64,000 nt of DNA. It comes from Nemertoderma westbladi (Eukaryota; Animalia; Xenacoelomorpha). Under the pieces are notes generated by a model. The model was given only the letters and a program-made list of their open reading frames with translations. It was not told the DNA's origin and searched no databases. The position numbers and the translations under genes were made by a program. Shown here piece after piece: positions 23,601 through 35,719 of this stretch. The DNA is taken from contig JAUCBJ010006114.1 in NCBI GenBank assembly GCA_032718475.1, positions 3,632 through 67,631 of the forward strand. Reading direction: 5' to 3'. Position 1 is the stretch's first letter. Every line of letters starts with the position of its first letter.

Positions 23601-26342
23601 TGGCTGTTGCAACAGAGAGGACCAGTCCCAGTCCCAGTCCCAGTCATGCCTGCATGCCGCGGCAAGGCAGATTTCGTTGTTCTGCTAGCACGCAGACTAA
23701 GTCTTACCTTGGACACAATACAGCAATAAGGCAGTGAAGAAGGGTCTAAGTGTAAATGCATTAGGCCCTACAGTCTTGTATAGAGCTCCTGTATTTCCTA
23801 CGAAACAGTACGTGTCCAGCCTGCCAGCAGCAGAGCAGCCTGATGTTGATGTTACCGGTATACTAACTACAAAACTAACCTCGTTAGGTAATCCCGAAAC
23901 TCTTTGCTTTTCAGTTGTCCCAATAAATTTCGCACCATATTTGATGACATACTGATTTTTTTATCTTTGGTATTTTCTACCGGTACCGTACTCACTCAAT
24001 GAATAGACCTACACGAATAATGTCAGATTGTCAGAATGTAGGCTACTGTCAGACTGTACTAGGTAGGTTAACTGACTGACTGAAGCTGATAAGCATACTG
24101 CGATAGCCGATAGGCCTATTGTCTGACTGCCATAACTGTAAGTTAGTTCATCATCATCGTGTCTGCACGGTACTTCACATAGCGCCCCATTTGGTGATCT
24201 CCAGTGAATGTTTGGATTTGACCTGACCAAATTGGTTTACTACGGAAGATCCGCAGTGGGCACACCTGAGCGGGTGTGGGCCACTCGGAATCCGACGAGG
24301 CGGCGCACATATTGACATTTGGCGTATGTACATTTCTTACAGTAGGGGGCCACTGGGTTAAGAGTTTTTACGGTATACTTAATATGAGCATAAAGAAGAA
24401 AGTGTTGGCGATGTATCTGAAAAATAAATAAATAAACATTGCTCTTTGTCTCTCTCAAGTCCATCTGATTATATTAATTACTTAATGTTATATATTCTAT
24501 CTGGAATAAATTAGTTATGAACTAAAGTGTCGTGATACTACACAAAAAAGAGAATGTATCAAAGAAATGAAAAGAAAGGCAATGTTATAGTAAATGGATT
24601 TGTGTTATGCAACACTCTGCAGCAGCTGCTGGCTCCGAGGTAACTAATTTTGTATAGCCTGGGACTACTGACTGTCTCTGGGTAGTATATTGAAGACATA
24701 AGTCTGTGAAGGGGAGATAATGTTTACTTTAGCTTTGATTTATGTTGTCAGCCCGGGGCGTCCTTCCGGTTCAATGAGTTATTGGGCAGATTTATTACAT
24801 TGCAAGACTGTTTGATGCTTATTGAATATGGATCGAGGTGAAGTTATTATTATAAACATTGTCTAATTAAACAGAGTTATCAGGATGTAAAACTCATTTT
24901 GTATAATGTAGTATCCTCAGACCACCTGTGACAAATATTGATGAATTGGGATAAATAGGGCTGTAGGATGGGAGTTGGTGTGTAAGCCGCCTATGGAATC
25001 GGAAGAATATATCAAATTGACTGTTTTATATAACATTGACCTGCGGAATCAATGAGAATTGTTATGGAAGTAGAAATCTAATATTTATATCAAACACATC
25101 AACACATGCTTGGTACTGTATCAGGGGATTGCCGCCTGTCAATATGTACACGTTCTCTGAACCCAGAGTTATACTGCCGTATTTGGGCGAATACGACAGG
25201 CTACTGTACTATACAGTACGTTTGTTGTGGTTAGTGACGAGTTGTTAGTATCTCATGCAAAATAAATGTAGGACTTTGTAATTATTTTGCAAATATTGGG
25301 ACCATGCATTTTCTAACTTACAGGTTTCGTTGCATTGCTTGATCAAACTTATCCTGTATTCTATAATGCGTGATATTTTACTCTCCAACGTCGGTAGAGG
25401 TGAGAAGAGGTGTGCTGTTGGTCTGCCTCTGCGTCATTGGGGCGGGGGGTTGGGGATAGTGTCAGATTCATCTATTCGTGTTGATGGTTGGTGAGGATTC
25501 TACTTCTGGCTAGGTCTGGCCTAGAGTAGAAGCAGTTCCGCGGCAATAATAATATTGCTCCTCAAAAGAGGTCCCTTACTGCATCAGGGACGCGTTTTTC
25601 GACAGAGCCCCGTCAGTTAGTTCATTAGAATGATAAATACAGTATGCAGTACATGCAGTAATAGATCTTCTGAGCGTACCGGAACCGGTGCGGTAGGCCA
25701 ACTCCAGTACTCCTTACACAGATAAACTGATAAAGCATAGGCATACAACTGCTGAACTGTACAGGCTGAAAGGCTGTAGACTGGTAGAGAGCAACAACAA
25801 TAATACTGCAGTACTGTAATACAAATACAAAAGTCTGTGTCTGAAAGCTGGAAAGTACCCTACTGATAAAACCAGGAAATACAGTACCGTACTGCAGTAT
25901 CCAGGTAGGTCTGGCTGAGTACTGGAGTAGAATGATAAATCTAACAAGGTCGTAAACAGACAATACCGGTACTGCAATAATACAGAAATATATTTCCAGT
26001 AATTTCAGTATTTAGAATACAAATTTCTTTCATTTCCAACACAAGCGATATTGATTCGCCATCAATATACAGTACCTGTACCACGAACAGTTCAGTAGTT
26101 TGTTTACCAGTTATGCAGTTAACAGCCTGGGATATCAGGATATTGTAGTACTGTACAGTACAGCAGTACAGCAGTATATTCAGAATGCAGATATTATGTT
26201 TCCATAGGTACCGGACCGGTACTGATATGTACTCAAATACGTAAGTGTACATACATGCTGCATGCTACGCCTACACCTACGGCGCCTAAGCCTACACCTA
26301 CAACGTATACCTACCCAGTTTCAGCTTTAATTAAATACAGAA

Positions 26343-26918
26343 GGATACATGACCGAACGTAATCAGGATCGAATGTAACATAGTTATTTCGTATCGAACG
26401 TAACTGCAATTATGTTACATTGGATCCTATAACTATGTTACATTCGATCTACAAATTACTAAGCTCGAATGTACAGATTTAAAGGAGCAGGTTACAGACA
26501 GAGGCGTGTTGGAGTTGGGGGAACCAAAACAATAAACGAAAGTTAACAGATGTTACAAGATTATGCAGGTTACTTTTATTTAAATGCTGAAAGGAGCAGA
26601 GAGGCGTGTTGGGGGAACCAAAACAATAAACGAAAGTTAACACATGTTACAAGATTATGGAGGTTACTTAATTGGGTCTTGGGTCTTTGTTTTATACTCA
26701 CCAAACTGTTTCTTCCTGTAAATAAACGAAGCATTTCATCGGTTAACTCCTGAAATCAAAACACAACTGAAATAAATGTATGTTACATTCGAGCTTAGTA
26801 ATTTGTAGATCGAATGCAACATAGTTATAGGATCCAATGTAACATAATTGATGTCACGTTCGATTCGTAAAAACTATGTTACATTCGATCCTGATTACGT
26901 TCGTTCGGTCTGTCACCC
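26343..26918. mobile_element. Mutator-like MITE with ~130 bp imperfect TIRs and a 9-bp TSD AATACAGAA
   Basis: TSD at 26334-26342 and 26919-26927. TIR GACCGAACGTAATCAGGATCGAATGTAACATAGTT... is mirrored at the right end. Internal ~100-bp tandem duplicate. Confidence 0.85.
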
Positions 26919-28835
26919 AATACAGAAATATCGAAATGAGATAAAATGTTTTTCAGACATTTCACCCTCTAACGGAAAACTTTAGAAATGCAAATGGAGC
27001 AGCGTCCCCAAAAAGGCACAGCCAGTCAGCCAGTGTTACTATATCCATGATTTTGCGATATTAGACTATTATTCAATATATAGTAAATAGTAAATACATA
27101 TTATATAAACAAGATATGGGCATAGGGCCTACAGTTCTTTCTACCCATTTTGAAAATATGTGCTGTATGCGAAGGTGTAGGCGTATGCACATGCTTTGCT
27201 TAGGTGTAGATGAGGCGTATGTTAGGCGTTTGGGGTAGGCTTGGGTGTTTGTGGGTGTAGGCGTTGGCATAGCCGGGAAGTAGTTGTAGATATAGGCGTA
27301 GTCTTTGCCAATTTAGCCAAAATAGACTTGGTATAATAAACAAATTCTATGATCCTGCTTCAACAGTGTCACGACATCGCAATGCATCATGGGTTATCCT
27401 CGTAGAGAATTGTTGGCGATTTTGTCAAATGTTACTGTAGACTCCCAAATAAACTTCTAAACCAGATTGCCTCATGTGCTCCATACTGTAGTAGTTTGCA
27501 GCAACATATTCCACTTCAGTTGTCTACCCTTACATACACATGATAGGGCTCCTTAATTCTTTAATAAAATATAGAATGGAATAGGCCTACAGTGTTAGAA
27601 AATAAATTTAACTGCAGTATTGCATCCATAATATTATACAGCGATTCCAATTATTGTACTCTTCAAGTCCTGATGCTGCCTTACTCAATGTTACATAATT
27701 GTTCTGGAATATTTATGAGGCATTCGCTGGGAAAAAAGTAAATTCAATGCATTCCCGTGAGATACTTTTTTTCTCCACGGAAAAATGTATAATTTTTCTC
27801 TTGATTTTGGGGTATATTCGGCGAAAATTTTCCCAGCGAAAAAATAATATAAGAAAATGTGAAAATATTATTTTGGTGTAATTTCTTAAATTTTACTACT
27901 TGTATTGAAAGTGCATCGAAGGAGAAAAGTTTTGCACGTAAAAAATCTATGCAATGCACACAATCAAAAGTTATGTAACAGAATGAAAAGGCCAATGGAA
28001 TTAGTATGGAATGAATAAACCAATCTTGGGTTGTTGCGCCAATGTTGTTCATTGGTTATAGGGCTGTGGCACCGTGGTGTGTTTGTTAGGAAGCCCACTA
28101 AAGTTGTAATAACTTTCTAAGGCCAATTCAACTGTATTTTAGAGATATTTTACTTCACACCGAAACAACTAACAATAATAAGGCCAATCTTGTGGGGCGA
28201 GCCACGAAGTCTAGGTGAGCGGTTCAATTAGTCTGTCGTTGTCGTTTGATATGTTTGAACGCTAAATAAGCCGGTAAATCTTTAATATAGTTGAACCTAA
28301 CTTGGCACAAACACATGTAGTCTATAAAAAGTTTAGAAACTCTAGACACAGACAGACTTATATAGTTAATCTGCCGACCGCTATGGGGAGTGACCAGGTC
28401 CACTAATTATATTGCTAAGCAAAGGCCCATAGAATAAGCCCCACACTCGTGTTGTTACTAACATCAAGAATGTTCGTCAATCAAGTAGGGGCCTACCGAT
28501 AATATCTCACATGCACGTAGAAACATGAATACAGTAGATCAGATATTTCTAAACAAATTCCGATGTGTTGGAAACCTTTCATCGAGCACTTGAGATGAGA
28601 ATACCAGTTAGTTAATAATATAATACTTAATAATTATAACATGGGGAATTACTCTCTGTTAGTTTTAGTATGACCGACTTTACTAACTAATTTTCAAAAT
28701 AGGAGGACTATTAAACACTAAACAACTATTTACAACATTTCCCATTCGACTGTTAAACGACAATAGCAGTAACAATTTACACCATTACAATATAATAACG
28801 AAATATGAGAGACATTAAAATATTGCGTACCGAAA

Positions 28836-29519
28836 TCACCCCGTCGATTTGTTAAATATTTTAAATAAAAGCGAATCGGTTTCGCGACTATCCGCCCCTA
28901 TCGATTCGTGTTCCTCCCTCGTTGGTCTTTGTTTAATATTCCGGAACTTATTCGGAACGAAATCCGACCGCCGTTCCGATATACTCTTCAACATTTTACT
29001 CTTTTCAACATTGCCGATAAACGCGCTAGTCTCTCGTTTCGCTTGCGAGATTTCCTGTCTCATTCTCTGGCAGTGTGTCGCCTTCTGATAGGCCGTTAAC
29101 TCAGACAGATGCGTCCATTTAAACTTACTGAGATACCGAATATTCCAAAGAACGTCCCCGTACCGAGCCCGTTTCTTTCCTCCTACAGGCTGATTATTTA
29201 CCGTTAGAGCAACCCGTTTAGCTAAACGTTTATTTTTGAACTCTATCCACCCGTCTGTGTATTTGGAGTTGCATTTCAGTTTGCTCTTTTTCCCGGGCTC
29301 AGACTCCCGGGGTTGTAGATAGATTCTTCCTAATTCCCCAAACTTTGAGAAATATTCCCTAATCGCTTTTACAGTCATGTACGGAGGAATTTTGCTGAGG
29401 TATATCAGGCCGTGTTCCATAAACGTCTTGGATTTTCTTTTAACAGTTTGACTTTCAGCGGAAATGTTCCGGGTTTCAGATCGCGACTCGTTATCGTCGC
29501 TACATCGATGTTCCTCCAT
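28836..29519 (-). CDS. ABT1: Activator of basal transcription 1 / pre-rRNA processing protein ESF2 (RRM), intronless
   Basis: GLIYLSKIPPYM, FGELGRIYLQ, GWIEF..KR.AKRVA, NN..VGGKKR, LWNIRYL.KFKW.HLSE and EISQAKRE. Confidence 0.96.
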   Translation of the reverse strand: MEEHRCSDDNESRSETRNISAESQTVKRKSKTFMEHGLIYLSKIPPYMTVKAIREYFSKFGELGRIYLQPRESEPGKKSKLKCNSKYTDGWIEFKNKRLAKRVALTVNNQPVGGKKRARYGDVLWNIRYLSKFKWTHLSELTAYQKATHCQRMRQEISQAKRETSAFIGNVEKSKMLKSISERRSDFVPNKFRNIKQRPTREEHESIGADSRETDSLLFKIFNKSTG

Positions 29520-29944
29520 GTCGTGATTCTTGGCGTAACCGAATAGTAAGCAGAAGGCCTACCCAACCGTTACTCCAAGCACTCTACTCCGCAGTTGTTC
29601 CCAATACAGCAATATTCACGAACAAATCGCCAATGTGATACTGTACCGGTATCTGTACTGCTGTGTAGGACTGAACAGTATAAACCGAAAGGGAAGTAGT
29701 AGATTACTACAGTCAACAGTGCTACTGTGCTATGTCAGTACGTTATCTATGGTTATTCTAACCAAAAAAAAACAATAAACGAAACGAAAGTCTGAAAGTT
29801 AACAGAACAGGTGGGTGTTTTGATTTACTCTTAGACTCTTCAGTAGTAAATCGATGCGAAACACAACAAATTTATTTCCCACTAAAAATAATCTACAGTA
29901 TGTAGGGTATGCTACCATGGAATGCTATATTTATTCTAGTATAA

Positions 29945-31880
29945 TAACACTAAGCTGGCGGGGTTAAGCGAGCTTAGCATACGGGCTCCACTAACTCAAT
30001 CGGTGTGTCTGTTGTACTGTCGTCTGTCGTGTCCAATTTTGATCGTTAATAACTCTGCCAATCCTCGATGAAATCTAACTAACTTTGGTAGGCCTACACA
30101 TGCTGTATGACAACAGTTTAGAAAATTTCCAAGATGAATTTGAGTGTGGCTAAGATAAAAGCAGTTAATTAGTTAATAAAGTTGATTACGATAAAAAAAA
30201 CAGCATTTTTTCTGCCTGCACTTTAATGGAAATGAATTATTTTCTAGTATAAGATTTAAATAATTTTACTTAAAAATTATACAGCTGCAATCCCCATACC
30301 CCATTCCATTATAGTTTTTAATTAGTTCAAGTGATTTACTTAAGAAGTGTGTTTTTAATTAATTGATCTAAACGTAATTAACTTATTAAAAATGCACCTT
30401 CTCTCAACACCTTTTACCGTACTTCCATCTCCCCCATTCCATGGCGTGTTTGCTATTGCCTAGCTGGGAACCAGTCTAACCAGTCCCACCTCACGACTAC
30501 TCAAGCAATAGGTATGACAGGCAGCAGTATTGGCTGAGTATTTAATTGTGATTCTTTAGAATAATTAGCTAAATAATTTCGTTGAGCCGTTGACATGGTA
30601 AATTAATATTTCAGTATTTCAGTTTAAGGGCCTACTTTTAAAACACAAATTTTCTGTTAAATACATGCTCTCATCGTGCGTACAATGGTATATCAACATA
30701 TAGTCTTAAGTGACTTGTCATGAATATAATAAATCAATCCTCAGTGCTCTTTTGGGTTGGGTTGGTGCAGATTAAAAGGCGGGTTGAAGGGGAGGAACCT
30801 TCCCCTCTTCTTTGATTTATTGGCGGTTTGGTTAAATTTCTTAAATACCGATTTTGTGATAGAATAGCTCAATTGTAATTTGTATCTCATAACTGAGCCT
30901 CGTGCTGCGCGAAGGCCCCTCGAACGTGTCAATAGTCGAGTAGGAATCTCCATTCCGTTTACAGTGTAATCCAGGACGACGACAGTTGTGTTTAAATTCA
31001 TTCACGCGAATGGAAACTTCGGCCAACAAATAATTAGAACTTAATTCAGTCATAGTATAGCTGATTATTATGACCAAAAATGAAACATACTGTAACCTGT
31101 TAAATTGACTTGAGTGTATTGTTTTGGTTATAATTAGGCTACATATGCCACAATTCTAACATGCTCTTTTCCCTTAATTGATAATCATCGGGCGAAGTTT
31201 GCTTGTGGGCGAAGATTTACCAAGGATGGTAACTTCCCCCAATCATACCTATTAGATTGGTTAATTCCTTAAAGACAGTTATTTATTTGGCGATGGACAA
31301 CCAACAGCTAAACGATCGTAGGCATTAGGCAAATGTGCAAATATAGTGAATTACTTTTTGTCAAATACAAGTTGATAAGAGATGGTTCACCTGAAATATT
31401 GAAAAAATCCCACAATCTCTCAAATTAGACTTGAATTTGATCAATAAAATTTACCTTAAAAGGTAGGCGGCCTACTTCCAAAAAAATCTAAAAGTGTTAA
31501 AGAATACAATTTCAACAAATAATAAATTTATATTATTTAATTATTAAATGTCAATCAAACTTGTGACCTCAAGTCCGATATAATTAATATTAATATTCAT
31601 AAACAAAGAATATGATACGTGCAGTGCAGTTAGTGAATTACGTTAGAAATACTTTAATAACAATATTTGGTGGGAATATGAGTCTGCCGAATGAATGGGT
31701 GATGCGGAAACGTATTACACGATAAGAAATTAATGCTCAGTTATTTTTAATTTATTCAATGGAATTTATCTGTTTTTCCACCGGAAACCAGTGTCTTATG
31801 TAGTCCTTTGTTGTTTTTGACTCCAAATAATGCGTTAACCCGCCAGAGCTTGAGGGTTCGGTCTCTCTATTAGTAGTTTC
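29945..31880. mobile_element. Putative Helentron/HINE-like non-autonomous element with nested insertions
   Basis: 5' AAGCTGGCGGGGTTAA..GAGCTT followed by a CTGTCGT microsatellite-like tract. Complementary TTAACCCGCCAGAGCTT lies at ~31836-31852. Confidence 0.4.
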
Positions 31881-32107
31881 AGAGTTTTTTTAATCTTTTA
31901 TTATCTTGGTAAAATAAAGTTCCCGGTGTGGCTATCCCATCTGTTATAATGTGATGATCTGACTTCATATTATGGTTTGAAGAAAAATAAAAAAATAATT
32001 CGGCACACCCAAATATATGCGGTGTTGTTTATGTTTATATAACGAAGTGAATATCTTATATCTACATTACTTTACTACACATAATATCGGCACGGATTTA
32101 ACATAAT

Positions 32108-32312
32108 CGTACGTAGAGAGGGGAGGGGAGGAGGGGGGTCTATTAATTCACTGCAATTAAAATGCAACCCTCTTCAGGGGAAAATCGACGAAAATTAAAA
32201 AAGATTACGAAAAAATGAAACATTCACCTTTGCTATGACCCTTTCGTTTATGTTTTGGTTAGAATAACGTGCCACCCCCCCCCCCCCCCCCCCCCCCCTC
32301 TCTCTCGTACGT
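32108..32312. mobile_element. Short MITE-like element with purine/pyrimidine-tract inverted ends
   Basis: CGTACGTAGAGAGGGG... left end versus ...CCCCTCTCTCTCGTACG right end. Confidence 0.45.
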
Positions 32313-32376
32313 GTATCAAAAACATCTTAGAGCGTAATTATACCGGTAACATTAATATCACGATTTTAATATCTAA

Positions 32377-33452
32377 CTAATTTTCATTCACTCGTTTCTC
32401 AAGTTTATCTAACTCATCGCCGATCGCCTTGGGGAGATCCTTATTGATCTGTTCGTCGAAATACTTGCGAATATCAGCGACTTCATTCAACCAAAACTCC
32501 CGATCTATGCTGAGTGCGGCGTCGATGTCCACATTGCGTAGCCCAGACACGTCAATAGACCCTTCGGTGGGAAGGTAACCAATAGGAGAAGACCTAGCAA
32601 TCGCCTCGTTGTTGGTCCGTCGAAAGATCCATTCTAGAACGCGAGCGTTCTCCCCGAAACCGGGCCAGATAAACTTACCGTCGGAACCCTTACGGAACCA
32701 GTTGACGTGGAACACTTTGGGTAGTTGGACCCCGGGGCGGGCCCCTAAGGACAGCCAGTGCTGCAGGTAGTGGCCGAGGTTGTACCCGAAGAACGGCCGC
32801 ATCGCGAAGGGATCGTGTACCACCACCTTCATACCCATACTCTCCTGACTGGCCGACGTGGTCTCGGAACGGATCGCGGCCCCGAGGAAGACCCCGTGGT
32901 TCCAGTCCAACGACTCGTAGACGAGCGGGACCCCCGCGGGACGACGGCCCCCGAAGAGAATGGCCTCGATGGGGACGCCCTCGGGGTCCTGCCACCGCGG
33001 GTCCATGATGGGGCACTGTGCCGCCGGGGTGCAGAAGCGCGAGTTGGGATGGGCGGCGGAGCTCGCGTCGGGGCCCGGCTCCCAGCCCGCCTCCCCCAAC
33101 CACGATGTGATCCCGACCCCCGGCCCCAATGTGCCCTCCAACCCCTCCCAGAAGACGCCGCCCTCGTCGGTCTCCGCTACGTTCGTGAACAAAGTGTTCC
33201 GGAATATGGTGTCCATGGCGATTGGGTTGGTCGACTCGGAGGTCCCGGGAGCGACTCCGAAGAACCCGGCCTCCGGGTTTATCGCTCGGAGTATCCCCTT
33301 GCTGTCGAACTTCATCCAGGCGATGTCGTCGCCGACACACTCGACTCGCCAGCCCGGTAGACTCGGTGTCATCATCGCCAGGTTCGTCTTCCCACACGCG
33401 CTAGGGAAAGCAGCGGCTATGTACTTTTTCTCCCCTTTTGGATTTGTTATAC
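32377..33452 (-). CDS. PCK2: Phosphoenolpyruvate carboxykinase [GTP], exon 2
   Basis: [27 protein letters not shown] (P-loop), [51 protein letters not shown] and VNWFRK..G.F.WPGFGEN.RV. Acceptor TTCCAG ends at 33453. Stop TAG. Confidence 0.97.
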
Positions 33453-33690
33453 CTGGAATAAAAAAAAAATAATAATTAACTGAATTATTTCGTCTGTTAT
33501 AATTATTAGGTACCCGGTATTAAAGGAAAAGTAAATAATATCACTCGTGCAATAAAGTAAAGCTACAAAGTGCTAATTGATGAATAGCGATATGCAATAT
33601 TTAATTGACTATAATATAATGTAATGCATTAATTTATACTGGGAATTTATTAACTATTTAATTAAATATTAGACTATTATGACGGTTTAC

Positions 33691-34570
33691 CTAGAATCAG
33701 CATATGTTCAGCCAACCAGCCCTCGTCCCTCGCAATGCAGGAAGCTATCCGCAAGGCGAAGCATTTCTTCCCCAACAACGAGTTCCCCCCGTAACCACTG
33801 CCGAAGGATATTATCTCTCGCGTTGGCGGAAAGTGGGTTATCAGCACCTTCTCCGTGTTACACGGCCAGTTGTTCACCGCCGGTGTCGTCATTGGCAACG
33901 GACGCCCGACGCTGTGCAGACAGCGAACGAATTCCCCGTCGCCGAGCGAAGCGAGCGCGGACTGCCCCATACGAGTCATTATCCGCATACTGGCGACCAC
34001 ATACGGCGAGTCAGTAAGCTGAATTCCGGTCTTAGAGAGCGGAGATCCGATGGGACCCATTGAGTATGGAACTACGTACATCGTTCGGCCTTTCATACAA
34101 CCCGGAAAGCGTTTACCATTCTCCACATTAGCTTTCTCTATACTCATCCAATTATTGAGTTTACCTTTGACCCCAGGCGACGGAGTAGGTCGCACTTCCG
34201 ACTCATTATCCGTACATATGAACGTTTGGTTCTCGACTCTCGCTACGTCCTTCGGGTCGGTTCGCGTCAACCAACAATTATCGTATTTTTCCAGTGGTGT
34301 AACAACTCCTTCGTTCTGCAGTAGAGTCAGGATTTGCTTGTTCTCTACGGCGGACCCGTCGCATATATACACTTTATCCGGTTGACACAGTTTTATCTTA
34401 TCGCCCACGAAGGACCTCACGTTGGGAGACAGTTGGTCAAGAGATCCCTTGACCAAGGTTATGCCACGGCGAGGAACGTGAGTTGTAGACCGGTTCCATC
34501 TCCAGTGTTTGTAAAAAATAACTGGTTTCTTAAACAATGAAACGTAGTTAAGCTGGCATCGAAGACTCAT
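33691..34570 (-). CDS. PCK2: Phosphoenolpyruvate carboxykinase [GTP], exon 1, with putative mitochondrial transit peptide. Spliced product is 651 aa.
   Basis: [68 protein letters not shown] and [12 protein letters not shown] donor at 33690 (phase-1 intron 33453-33690). The basic, acid-free N-terminus suggests mitochondrial import. Confidence 0.95.
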
Positions 34571-34885
34571 TTTCTTATCTTTCAACTAATTAATTAATTA
34601 GTGATTAGGCCTACACTACAGTATATGTAATGTAATAAGTACAAATGTTTTTTTATGACCGTAATCAATTTTTTTAATGACCTACAATCAACCACACCAA
34701 CCACGGTACCTACTTCCAGAAATCACAACAAATCACGTACAAATTACTAATGTCTGAGTGTGAGCAGAAGCTCGCAGCAGCAATAAATAGTTGGCACCTT
34801 TAACGGTGATTACATACCACCGACACTCCTCTTTACACAATCATCAATAGCGGTATCACTGTTCGTTCACTGGGTGTTAAGTCAA

Positions 34886-35513
34886 GGGGGGGGGGGGGGG
34901 GGGGGGGGGGTACACCATTTTCGGACGACTCTTCGATTTATCACTCTCTCTCTCAGCGTTTCAAAATTGTTTGGTTTTGGCTATAATTTGGAATATAGGT
35001 ACCTAAGATGCTATTCTACATGACAGTTTTACATGAAAGTTTTTTTATATGATAGACCATAGATGGGGTAACATAACTATCAGGCGAAATTTTGTGAAAA
35101 TAATTTCTGCACCGCTAGGTGGCGCTGCAAATTTATATTATTAAAATTTAGCAAATTTTATTAACAAAAAATTTCGAAAAGTTGTCTGATATCATTATGC
35201 AGGGTGGATATGTAGACACCCACAGAAATTTTCAGACTAATTGCTCGAAAATTGTAGAAGTAGTACTTAGTAGGGTTTTGAAGTTGGCAATTTCATAAAA
35301 AAAATATTTGGAGATAATCGACCTTTCATTAGTAATACTGTAGTAATTTCAATAGGTCTCCCTAAATGGTCATTCTTATAACTTGAAAACTAAAAGAGCT
35401 ATTAAATAGCGGTTTTCAAATTTGGAAACACCATTTAATCGCGCATTATAATAGATCATAAAAATGATTTCGACATATTTTGGGCCAAAATGGTGTAATA
35501 CCCTCCTCCCCCC
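34886..35513. mobile_element. Kolobok-like (TTAA-target) non-autonomous DNA transposon
   Basis: TIR GGGG...TACACCATTTT versus AAAATGGTGTAATACCCTCCTCCCCCC. Flanked by TCAA and TTAA. Confidence 0.6.
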
Positions 35514-35719
35514 TTAATGAGAACAAATAAATTAACAAATATAAATTAAGCCACCTAACTTACGGTAATTAATATACAAATACAGGACTGATATTATATA
35601 CATAATACACAGACTCACTAATAATGTAGATAAAGTAATGGCATTTATTGTGATTGATTGAGTGAGCATTGAAGTTTGCTGTTGACCTTTAGAACATTAT
35701 TACCACTCCAGCACAGGTA

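Noticed and set aside
23580-23700. HDV-like ribozyme at the 5' side of the RTE fragment
   Set aside because: The nested P1-P4 pseudoknot could not be assembled by eye.
32690-33472. Overlapping 170-235 aa ORFs in other frames or strands of PEPCK
   Set aside because: These are shadow ORFs caused by high GC3.
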